Below, in pieces: positions 48,188 to 59,400 of a stretch of 64,000 bases of DNA; position 1 is the first letter of the stretch; every line of letters starts with the position of its first letter. The position numbers and the translations under genes were made by a program. Origin of the DNA: an uncultured virus (IMG/VR IMGVR_UViG_3300008261_000008) (Duplodnaviria > Heunggongvirae > Uroviricota > Caudoviricetes); the IMG/VR virus record IMGVR_UViG_3300008261_000008, one strand, 5' to 3'. The notes beneath the pieces were generated by a model. That model did no database searches. It was not told the origin of the DNA and saw only the letters and a list, made by a program, of their open reading frames with translations.

Positions 48188-49618
48188 TTAGTATTCACCA
48201 AAAGGATTTCTTTGACTGAAATCTACAATTGCATCAGCGGCATTTTCAATCTGAATGTTTTCTGCATAAGCATCCAAAAACTCATTAGTTTGTACAGTGG
48301 ATATTTTGTAACTCGCGGCAACTCCAACAATAGCTTCTCCTCTTGCAAAAGTACCGTCAACGATCGCTACTTTGAGTATTCTATTTGTAGAATCCCAACT
48401 CTTAACATATCCGGTCGTTCCTGTTCTCGTTCCAGTTACAACCTCATTATAATCATAATCACCAAATGTAGTTGCAGTTGGATCTGTAAAAGATATTGTT
48501 GGAGTAAATGTATAACCAGCACCAGCATTCGAATATCTTACTGATACAACGACTCCATTAGAGTTAACAACTGCTTCAGCCTGTGCATTATTAATGTTTG
48601 ATGATATTCCCGAACCAGATGGAATAAAGATTTTCTGTATCGTAACTTGTGGAGTAGTTGTATAACCAACACCACCAGAAGAAATACCAATAATTCCTAG
48701 AACTCCACTATTGATGACAGCTGTTGCGATTCCACCAGAACCTCCACCACCAGAAATACTTACTGTTGGTGGTTCAGTATATCCAAATCCGGGATTTGTG
48801 ATTAAAATTCTGTCAATGGCTAATCTCTGATTAGAAGATCTACTTGTCATTATAGCAACAGCAGTAGCAGTCAATCCTCCAGTAGGTGCTGTAGATATTG
48901 AAACAATTGGAGCAGAATTATATCCATATCCATCATTGATTAAATCAATATACTGTACAGACTTGGAATTTGGATTTGTAGTTGCAAATCCTACAGTAGC
49001 TGTTGCAACAGTTGCTCCAGTACCAACCATTTGAATAGTATAAATGTTTCCAAGATCTTTGATAGATTCATTGACTTCGATTCCAGTTGGATCGACCTCT
49101 GGTACATCAATAATTTCATCCTCATATTCAAATCTCTCACATCTTAATTCATATACATAAAGGTTGTTTAATTGATAGAAAGGTTTTTTATGTTCTACAT
49201 ATTTGATTTCAAATAGAGACTCATCTAAAGGAAACCAGATTAAATCACCTTCTTGTGGTCTATATGCTATCTTTCTTTCAGTTTCTGGCCATAATTTAAG
49301 TAAAGGGGATATAAAATCGTCATATCTTTCTTTTGAAATTATTAAATTTATTTCATCGCTACTTCTAACACCAAATTTACTGAGAATATCTCCATTCCCA
49401 CTAAATCCCTCATAATTCATTAAATAAGCTTCTATACGAAAACTATCATCAAACTTGGATGCAGTAACTTCTTTGATGACAGTATTTTCACCAACTATTT
49501 TTCTGGGCATGTATAGAACATCTTGTCCATACATTTTAAGTTGTTCATTAATTAAATCTTGAATGAGTCTTTGCTCACTCGGAGATCCTTGGAGGAAATA
49601 AGAATTTAATGGTGACAT
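48188..49618 (-). CDS. gp14: neck protein with inserted beta-rich GxGY repeats
   Basis: YGQDVLYMPR, RPQEGDLIWFP, PFYQLNNLYVYEL, DFSQRNPFG. Confidence 0.93.
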   Translation of the reverse strand: MSPLNSYFLQGSPSEQRLIQDLINEQLKMYGQDVLYMPRKIVGENTVIKEVTASKFDDSFRIEAYLMNYEGFSGNGDILSKFGVRSSDEINLIISKERYDDFISPLLKLWPETERKIAYRPQEGDLIWFPLDESLFEIKYVEHKKPFYQLNNLYVYELRCERFEYEDEIIDVPEVDPTGIEVNESIKDLGNIYTIQMVGTGATVATATVGFATTNPNSKSVQYIDLINDGYGYNSAPIVSISTAPTGGLTATAVAIMTSRSSNQRLAIDRILITNPGFGYTEPPTVSISGGGGSGGIATAVINSGVLGIIGISSGGVGYTTTPQVTIQKIFIPSGSGISSNINNAQAEAVVNSNGVVVSVRYSNAGAGYTFTPTISFTDPTATTFGDYDYNEVVTGTRTGTTGYVKSWDSTNRILKVAIVDGTFARGEAIVGVAASYKISTVQTNEFLDAYAENIQIENAADAIVDFSQRNPFGEY

Positions 49619-49619
49619 A

Positions 49620-50450
49620 TTATCCTATGAGATCGAGTGGTGGTAGTTCGTACTCGTCTTTTAATTGTTGTTCTAGTTTTTCAACCTCGGCTACACCATC
49701 ATCATAAATTTGTCTTCCATTTAGTTGAACTCCACCGGGAAGTAAAACTCCATTAAATTTGATCATGTTTTGTCCCCACTGTTTTTTAATTAAAGCAGTA
49801 AGGTATTTCTTTAACCACCAATCATTGTAAAGTTTTGGAGCATCTGAAGGATCAACGATTCTATAACAATCAATAATTACATACTCATTCTCACCAACTT
49901 GTTGCCAATCTATGTCTAAGTATAACTTATGATTCTTTTTGTTAAAACGAATTTGAGCATGAGGATTTAATAAGTAATCTAGATCTTCAAGATATCTTTT
50001 AACCATAGCATAGTTAAGTAGAACTAATGCACCATAATAATAAACATCATTTAAAAATAACTGATATTTAATATTAAAAAGACCGTCCGAAACTGTACTA
50101 GAGTTTATCTTAAGAATACTATTAACACCAATAATTGAATCTGGAAGGGGTAGATAGTTTACTCCTTCAACATAAGAAAGAGATGTCAAACCAGCTCCAA
50201 CAACAGTTGGAGATGTAGTAGCAGAACCTATAGGTCCAGGTTGAGCCAATGTTGATTTGGTTGCAGGAGTGAGTTTGTGTTTTAAAAACACACGATCAAT
50301 ACCATCATAATGACGTTCATGATAATATTGAATTGCATCATCAATTAGATTATCAATTTGATCATCATCTACATTTATCTCTAAAACTGGCTTTCCTAGT
50401 TGTTTGAGGCAATAATCTTTCAACTCCGCTCTACTAGATGGTTGCGCCAT
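49620..50450 (-). CDS. gp13: neck protein
   Basis: LKDYCLKQLGKPVLEINVDDDQ, KKQWGQNMIKF, LPGGVQLNG. Confidence 0.96.
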   Translation of the reverse strand: MAQPSSRAELKDYCLKQLGKPVLEINVDDDQIDNLIDDAIQYYHERHYDGIDRVFLKHKLTPATKSTLAQPGPIGSATTSPTVVGAGLTSLSYVEGVNYLPLPDSIIGVNSILKINSSTVSDGLFNIKYQLFLNDVYYYGALVLLNYAMVKRYLEDLDYLLNPHAQIRFNKKNHKLYLDIDWQQVGENEYVIIDCYRIVDPSDAPKLYNDWWLKKYLTALIKKQWGQNMIKFNGVLLPGGVQLNGRQIYDDGVAEVEKLEQQLKDEYELPPLDLIG

Positions 50451-50485
50451 AAAAAAATACCCCTAGTTTCCTAGAGGTATTTATG
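50451..50485 (-). terminator. intrinsic terminator after the fibre gene, overlapped by late promoter CATAAATA for gp13
   Basis: CATAAATACCTCTAG-GAAA-CTAGGGGTA-TTTTTTT immediately before the gp13 ATG. Confidence 0.8.
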
Positions 50486-50494
50486 TTTTTTTAT

Positions 50495-53400
50495 TTATTT
50501 TTTAAGTTCATTAATTTGATTTTTCAGGTCTTCTATTTGTGATTGTTGTTCTTTAATTGCCTCGATTAGAACTGCTACCATGTTTCCATAAGCAACAGAC
50601 TTAGTTCCATCTTCAGTTTCAAATACTAATTCAGGGATTACTTCTTCAACTTCTTGAGCGACAACACCAATTTGATGTTCGCCATTCATATCAATACGAT
50701 CATATTCAACTCCACGCAACTTCAATACTTTTTCTAGAGCCTTTTCAATTGTATTGATGTTTGTCTTTAATTTAATATCAGATTGTGCAGTTACTGTGCC
50801 TGGGAAAGTAGTATTACCGGAACCATCAAGGAGAGTTGCAGTTCTGGTTAGAGTTGAAAATACGCCAGTATATTGTCTAACGTAAATTGGTTCGGTTCCA
50901 TCATCTGCAGTTGCAATTTCAACATAACCAGCGTTAGAAGCAGTGCCTCCGATTAAAATGCGGAACTGGTCGTTGTCCGCCATGTTACCACGAACAAGTT
51001 CAGTGGTATTTGTTCCAGTTACAGTATTGGTTAAATTACCAGTTACATTACCAGTAACGTTTCCAGTCACATTACCACTTACATTACCAGTCAATGCACC
51101 AACAAATCCTCCAGTTGAAGTTGTTACTCCAGTAACTCTAATGCCAGTGGAATTAACAATTACATTAGTACCAATAGTAGCAGAAGTAGCAGTTAATGCG
51201 TTAACCGTAACACTTGGGGTTCCAGTTAATCCAGTAGCATTACCATTGATACTACCGTTAAATGTTCCAGAGAATGTTGCGGTAATTATTCCTGCGTTAA
51301 AGTTACCAAAAGCATCACGAGCTACAATGGTGCTTGCTGTATTTGCTGCAGTTGCGTTTGATGTAACAGTAAATGTAGCTGCTCCAGAGTTATTATAAGT
51401 GGTGGAACCAGAAATACCAGTTCCAGATGTATTCATAGTTAATGTATTCGCAAGAGGTCTCTGCCATGTACCAGAGTCATTCCACAATTCTAGATTACTT
51501 GCAACGTTCCAAGAACCAGTTGCATTATTAGATGCATACCATCTTGCGCCACTTCCAGGTTGGAGTAAGAACAATTGGTTATTATTGTTACCAGCTGGAG
51601 CACTATGTACCCAAGATCCATCAGTATAGTAAATATTAGAACTTAAGAAGACTATTCCATCCCAAGTAAGAACACCAAATGATGACTGGGAAGGTTTCTT
51701 GATGATCAATTGAGAGTCATTATCACCAGTTGTTCCGTTAACAACTAGTCCACCACCACCAATCGCTGTTCCAGTACCACCAACAATTGTTGTACCCGTA
51801 ATAGTATTTCCATTAATATTACCAGAAGCATCACGTCTTACAATAGTATTTCCTGTATTTGTGGTTGCAGAACTAAATCCATTGAGTAAAGCAGCATTTA
51901 AGTTAGTTACCTCTGTAGTTGAAGAAACTGTAAATGGAGCAGTTCCTGTTGCAACTGTTGAAATTAATCTTGTAGCAGAAATTGTTGAAGCGGCAGTTAA
52001 AGCTCCTGCAGCAGTTAGAGTTAATATTTCTGAGAATGATGTTTGGCTATTTACTTTATACCATCTATGAGTTCCTCCAGAATAATAAGAAACCGTATCA
52101 CTATGAATTCCAAATCCACCAGCCCAAGTACTGCCATCATTATAAAGGGTAATTTTATTTGGACCACGAGCAGCATCATTAAAGGAATTATCAAATACTA
52201 ATCTCTTATAAGTTCCAAATGCAGTGGTATTAGAAGAAGCACCACCATCATTGATGGTAACATTGTTACTGAATGTTCCAGCGCCGCCACTAAATGTTGT
52301 TGCACTAATTGTACCAGCGCTAAAGTTACCAGAAGCATCACGAGAAACTATCGCACCTGCAGTATTTGCAGAAGTTGCATTAGATGTAACTGTGAATGTA
52401 ACAGCACCAGAACCATTATAAGTTGTAGAACCGGAAAGACCAGTTCCAGATGTATTCAAGGTTAATGTATTTAAATTTGATCCAAGTGAAACACCAGAAA
52501 TGGTTGAGTTTGCTAGATTTGCATTTGTAATTCCAGCAGAACCACTTAAGTTTGCATTAGTCAGACCAGAAATAGTATTAGATCCTGCAGCGATTGTTTT
52601 GTTAGTTAATGTATCAGTTGAAGATACAGTTACAACATTAACGCCTTCAACGGCAATTCTACCTGCAGAAGCTCTAGTAATTGTAGTGTCAGTTAGATTT
52701 CCAAGTTCAATCGAAGTAATAATTCCCGATGTAGCTGTTATTGTATTAACAGTGATACTTGGTGTTCCACTTAAGCCTGTTGCATTTCCAGTGACGTTGC
52801 CAGTTAGTGGTCCTACGAATGAAGTTGCAGTTACTACGCCAGTTACGTTAATACCTGTAGAATTGAGAACTACATTTGTACCCACTACACCTGAAGTTGC
52901 AGTTAAAGCATTGATAGTGATACTTGGTGTTCCACTTAAGCCTGTTGCATTTCCAGTAACATTTCCTGTCAATGGACCTACAAAAGAAGTTGCAGTTATT
53001 ATACCAGTTACATTGATACCAGTGGAATTAAGAACTACGTTTGTGCCTACTACAGCTGAAGTAGCAGTTAGAGCATTGATGGTGATACTCGGAGTTCCTG
53101 AGAGACCTCCTGCTGTACCACTCACATTACCTGTTACATTGCCAGTAACATTACCAGTTAATGGACCTACAAATGAAGTTGCAGTTACAATTCCTGCAGC
53201 AAATCCACCAAGAACGTTACGAAGTACAATTCTACTTGCAGTATTTGCACTATCAGTAGAGTAACCTTCCAATAGTGATGCATTAAGATTAGTTACCTGT
53301 GTGGTAGAAGTGACAGTAAATGGAGCTGTACCTGTTGATACATTGGAAATAAATCTTGTAGCGGTAACAATACCTGGGAACGTAGTATTACCGGAACCAT

Positions 53401-56400
53401 CAAGAAGAGTTGCAGTTCTCTGTAAGGATGTAAAAGTACCACTGTACTGTCTTACATAAATTGGTTCTGTTCCATCGTCTGCAGTTGCAATTTCAACATA
53501 ACCAGCGTTAGAAGTTGTTCCACCAATAAGGATGCGGAAGAAATCATTATCAGCCATGTTACCACGAACTAGTTCTGTGGTAGCAGTTCCTGTAACAGTA
53601 TTACTGATATTACCTGTTAGGTTGCCTGTAACATTACCAGTTAAATTGCCAGTTACATTACCGGTTAGAGGTCCAACGAAAGAAGTAGCCGTAACAATAC
53701 CTGCACTAAATCCACCCCAAGCATCTCTAGAAACAATAGTACTTACCGTATTAGTTGTTGAAGAGTTGAGTCCATCAAGTAAATCTGCATCTAGTCCAGA
53801 TCCAGAACCATCATTACCTTGATGCCATAACTTGTTCCAAGCTGTTGTTCCACTACCATTTGTTGAACGATAGTAAATATCATTACTATTATAAAAACTT
53901 CCAGCAAACTGCATTGCATAGTAATTCGCTGTATTACTATGTGTAGAACTGAGAAGGTGATACCAAGTATTTGTTGTTTGTGGCCAACCTTCTGCAGTTG
54001 TAGCAGTGTCAGTCTGCCAGAAACCACTCTTAGTTCTTGTAGTAATATCGTCCTTGGTTTTAGCTTCAGCTTCAAATGAACTTGAGAATAATTGTGTTCC
54101 TGACCAAGTATTTGATCCGTCTAAAAGTGGAATTGTATTTCCAGATGTTCCAGTGTTCTTCCCATCAAGTAAATCTGCATTCAAATTAGTTACTAATGTA
54201 GTAGAAGAAACTGTGAATGGTGCAGTTCCTGTAGCCTGAGTTGATGTGAATCTTGTTGCTTGTATTGCTCCAGTAAATGTACCTGTTCCAGCAACACTAA
54301 CTGTTACAACATCTGTTCCTCCAGAATTTCTAAGAATCCAATTCGTTGTATACTGATTATAAAGAGAACCGTTGAAGTATTGAATCTTCGCAGCTTTATT
54401 GCCCGTCCAATTTGAACTATTTGCAAAAGAAATATCTTTATCAATTAGAACAGTGAATCCAGCACCCACTACTCCTGCAAATTCTGGACTTCCAGTTAAA
54501 GTATAAGAACTTCCATTTCCAAGTAAAGTAAATCCAAGTGAAGGAGCTGCAGTAAGATTAGTTCCACCTCTTGTTACTGGTAGAGTTCCAGTACTATTGA
54601 GAATATCAAGATAATATGCACTGTTCTGACCACCTAGAGTGGCAGCATCCACATCTCCAGTCACAGAATTCTTAATACTTATAGCACCATCTGTACCAAC
54701 TGTAAATGTAGAAGACTTGAATCTAGATACACCAAGAGTTGAATATTCATCTGAAGAAGTTTGAGCTCTATTCAGAGTTATGTTGATATTTCCATAGTAA
54801 GTATTAACTCCAACTCCACCTGGGGCTAGTTCGGAACTAGTAGCAGTTACACCAATTGGTTGAGTTGTTCCAATTCCAACTGAAGTAATTACTTTCTGAT
54901 ATGAAGAATCACCTCTCAAGAATGTCTGGTCATTAGCAGTTCCACTTCCAAGTCTAGATGGTGATAATGTACCAGTAATAATGTTGGACGCATCTAAACT
55001 TCCTACAGAAAGTAGTGACCAATTATTGGTATCTGAAGATGAAGTGTTAACAGTTCTAGAATACTCAACATTTTGCTCTGTAAGAGTCATAATTCCTACA
55101 GCACTATTAATGGTGCCTCCTGCCAAACTTACAGTGTTTAGAAGTAGACCATTAATAGAAGCTAAAGCTGCAGCTCTAGTTTCATGGAATGTAAATGAGT
55201 TTGTAGTTACTGATCCAGCAAAGTAGAAACTACCAGTAGTAATTCCGGTTGGAGTATTACCAGTGACTTTTACTGCTTCACCCTGACTCAATCCATGGTT
55301 TTTAAATGTTATCTGATCAGTTAAAGTATTGACCCCAACACGACTCAATGAATGAGTTAAAGTACCACTACTTGTCAGATCTTTAATAGTTACAAGTGCA
55401 TAGGTTGAATAAAGTTGAACAGATGTTAAACCTACAGTCTTAATATAATATGTTGTAGTGTCCAGTAGTGGACCTATTGGAGTTCCACCACCACTACGGT
55501 AAATTACTGGATCTCCATCAACAAAACTATGACCAGATCCAACAACAATTCTATCATTTGCAAAGTCAACACTACCGCCAACGCTAATATCCGTAGGGGT
55601 GAAGGTTACAGTATATCCTATTCCAATATTAGTTGAAATAGCAACTGCATTTCTATCAGAAACGAAGTCTGAAAGTGCAGAACTTCCTGGGAATTTCTGT
55701 CCATTAGAAAGGGCAAGATAGAGCCTTGTTTCTACAGTAGCTATGTTAACAGTAAAGTTAGATCCACCAGTTCTTCCACCAATTGGAGTGGGATTATTAA
55801 GAGTTAATACGTCACCTACAGCAAATTTGTATCCACCAGTATTAATTGCAACATTAGTAACTGTTCCACTAACACCAACTGTAATCGTAGCAGTAATTCC
55901 GGTTCCAATACCAGTAGAAGTATCAAGACGAACACCCGTATAGATTCCTGGATTATTGTATCCAGAACCACCAACTAAAGAATTCAATGTTAAAGGTACG
56001 CCTCTGACAAGACCAGTAGTTCCATAACCTACATTTGGGAAAGATAATGTAGTTGTACCTAAACCAACTCCAATTCTTGGTGGAGCAGTTACAACACCAA
56101 TTGCACCACCACCAGAAGTTACACTAACTACTTCATCCCCATTCAGGAAATTGTAGACAGTTGAATTGTTTAGAACCAAATATTGACCTACAGTATCAGT
56201 AATTAGAACGAATGAATCTGTTGGCTCAACTACAGTATCTCCGGATACTAAGCTAGTAGCAGGAATATAGTTAACTAACTGAGTTCTTCCACCATCTACT
56301 GAAGACTTATAGTAATTGACAGTTTTTGGTGGAATTAGATCAGCATTAATTTGACCGATTGAATTGAGTTGAACAACAGCGTTAGGAATAGCGTTTGTAG

Positions 56401-59400
56401 AAACTGATTTATCAATAAAATCTCCAAGTCTATTATTCAAGAATGATCTAGTTGAAAGTTGTGTAGGAACTCTAGAGTGCTTAGGTCCACCAATTTCATT
56501 ATCACCAAGATCCGTATCCGTAGAGAACTCTTCAATTACGTTACCACCAGACAGCGATAATCTAATAGAATCAAGAGTACCAATAGTAACAGTATTATTG
56601 AAGATAATGTTACCAGTTCTGTTATAGGCAACAATCGAATCACCAATCTTAAAGTCTCCAAGTTCATTGGTACCGGATGAATAAACTCTACCACCAAGTT
56701 CAGAAACTTGTTCAGATCTTGGATCGGTTTGACCTCCATTTTGTGGGAGAGCATTATAATCTATACCAGAACCAGAGAATTCCCAAGTGTGTGATGAAGA
56801 GTTTACAATAGATGGTCTGTGGAAGTGTAGTTTATACACTTCAGGTAAAGTTCCAATATTCTGAACGAGTGTTCCAGCTATTGTAGAATCTGTCTTAAAT
56901 TCAACAGTCCAATAAGTAGTTAATCCGACAACAGCACTTACCCCGATAGAAATCGGAGATGGACTGTGATCATTAATGTTTAATACTGTTGTTCCATTAG
57001 TAACTGAGAAATTCCTTCTAACTCCAGAAGAAAGTTCTAATGCGACAATAAGTTCTCTAGTAGTGTTGTTATACGTTACCGCAAATCCAGTTGCAGTTCC
57101 TCCAACTACAGTTTGACTGATTAATCTACCAGAAACAAACGATGCTGTAGAACCCACTCCAGCAAGGGTTAGTTTTTGATATGAATTATGTGAATCAATA
57201 ATTTCTTTTACGAAGAAGTCTTGAGTTGACTTTGTAATAGTATGAATACCAGTACTTAGTGAAGTCAAGTCAACGATGGTATTCAATGACTCATCTTCAG
57301 CTAACTTGAAATTATCAGCATCAATATAAACAACATAGTATTGGTTGTCGTTAACCAGTCCACCAACAATTCTATTTGGAATTACTTGTTCGTCTCCATT
57401 GTAAATAACTGGATCAGCATTATTAAATCCGTGAGTTGTAATTGTAATAGTATTCTCAGTTAGACCAACTCCAGTAGCTCCATTAAATTCTTTTACTGTT
57501 ACTGCTGGTTTGAACTGTGAAGTTCTATCAACTCCATTTCCATCGAAGAATCTGAGAATATAGTTTTCAACATCAGATCTACCATATCCAACTGCCTTGA
57601 GTGTTTGTAATCCACCAGAAGTGCCAGTCGCGGCAACTCTACCACGATCAAAAATGAACGAATTTCTACTATATCCAGTAGATCTTAAAGCATATAAACC
57701 GAAGTTAGTTGCAGAGTTTGTAATGGATAGGTATCCACCAGACTGCGCTAGGGATCCATATCTACAGAAAATTTGGAAACAAGAAACAACCTGTGAATAT
57801 CCATCGTTAATAACACGCCAACCGATACCACCGAAGGAAACCATCGTAAATGCTGCGGCAACCATGGACTTACCTTGTTCTGGTTGAATCGCATCTGGAC
57901 CAACTTCCACTTCTTCAGAAATAAGAGGTACGTTTGGTGTTAGTACTTTATTTCCATCAACCAACATTCCATTACCACCTAAGAATGATAGAATGGAACA
58001 GTTCTGAATATATGGAGATCTAGTAATAGTTGGTTTGTCTAATTTAGTAGCATAACCGGCTCTGGAAGTTAGATTATCCGAAGGATCATCAAAAGCTACA
58101 GCGTAATCAAATGTATTTTGGGGAACACCTGCGAGATCAATCGCATCCTTCATAGCAAAACCAGTGAGATAGATTCCATTTCTTACACGGAATAAATCTT
58201 TACCAGCATTTGCAGGTCTAATTATAGTATTTCTTAGGTTATCGCCAACGATTGCAACATCATCATAAAGAATGATTGGGTTATCTTCTACATAGTTTCC
58301 AGCCTCAACGATAATACAAACAGGTTGTGACTGTGTTCCTGGTGCAACCAATGCTGGGGCTGCAGTTGTGCCAAGACCAACAATAGTTGTAATGATGCCA
58401 ACATAGTTAACTAATGCAGATCTGACATCCGCACAATCGGTTAAACCTAAGTTTGTAGTTGCAATTCCAACAATACTTCCACTAATGACTGCAGTTGTAA
58501 GAATTCCAACAAGGTTATCAATATTAGATCTTATGTTCGCACAAACATTTACATCTTTGTTTGTGGATCCAACACTAACATCATTTTGGATACTTAAATC
58601 CTGGTAATTTAACCAATTTGTTACAGCTCTCTTTGCATAAGTACCTAAACTCTGGAATGCGTAAGCTGAGATTACTTCTTCACCCAACAATCCATCTGTT
58701 CTTGCTGCACCAGCACCATCGAAGTACTTTTTAGTTGCATAAAGAATATGTTGGTTAGTTCCGTAAGAGATATCTTGAGCAACAGCATCGACAATGTATC
58801 CAAGATCTCTTGCACATTTACGTCCACCAACAACATTAGTGGTTCCAATTCCTACAAAATCACTTACATTATAGGTAGAGTTGACCAAGAAATATCCATA
58901 ATTTGTTGTTGCACCAATTCCAGCAGTACTACCAGAACCAACAGCTGTTGTAACAATTCCAGTCAACGTATCAATAGTTGATCTTACATTAGAACAAGAA
59001 TTAGGATCAGTGTTAAATCCAGTTACTGGATCTGCAGTAATAGTAAGATCTCTAGAATTAAGCTGATTGGTAACAGCTTTCTTCATGTAATCTCTAGCAC
59101 TCTCAAACACATAATTAGATTCTGCGGTTTCTCCGGCTAAACCATCCGCAAGAAGATTACCTACATTACTGAAATAGAATCCAGTAAATGCACGAGCATA
59201 ATTATTACCACCTGTAAACACATCAGTAGAAACGGCATCAATAAAGAATCCGGTATCTCTAGCACACTTCCAGATACCCTCTGTCATTCCATATCCAATG
59301 ACGTTGAGATCAAAATCACCGTAATTTACTGCAGGGAGTCCACTAGTATTTCCAACTCCTATTGCTGCAGTTACGATTCCAACGAGAGAAACAATGGTAT

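Noticed and set aside
50798..53602. Diversity-generating retroelement template/variable repeat pair
   Set aside because: Both copies are in frame within one gene, the differences appear mostly synonymous rather than adenine-specific, and no reverse transcriptase is present in the window.
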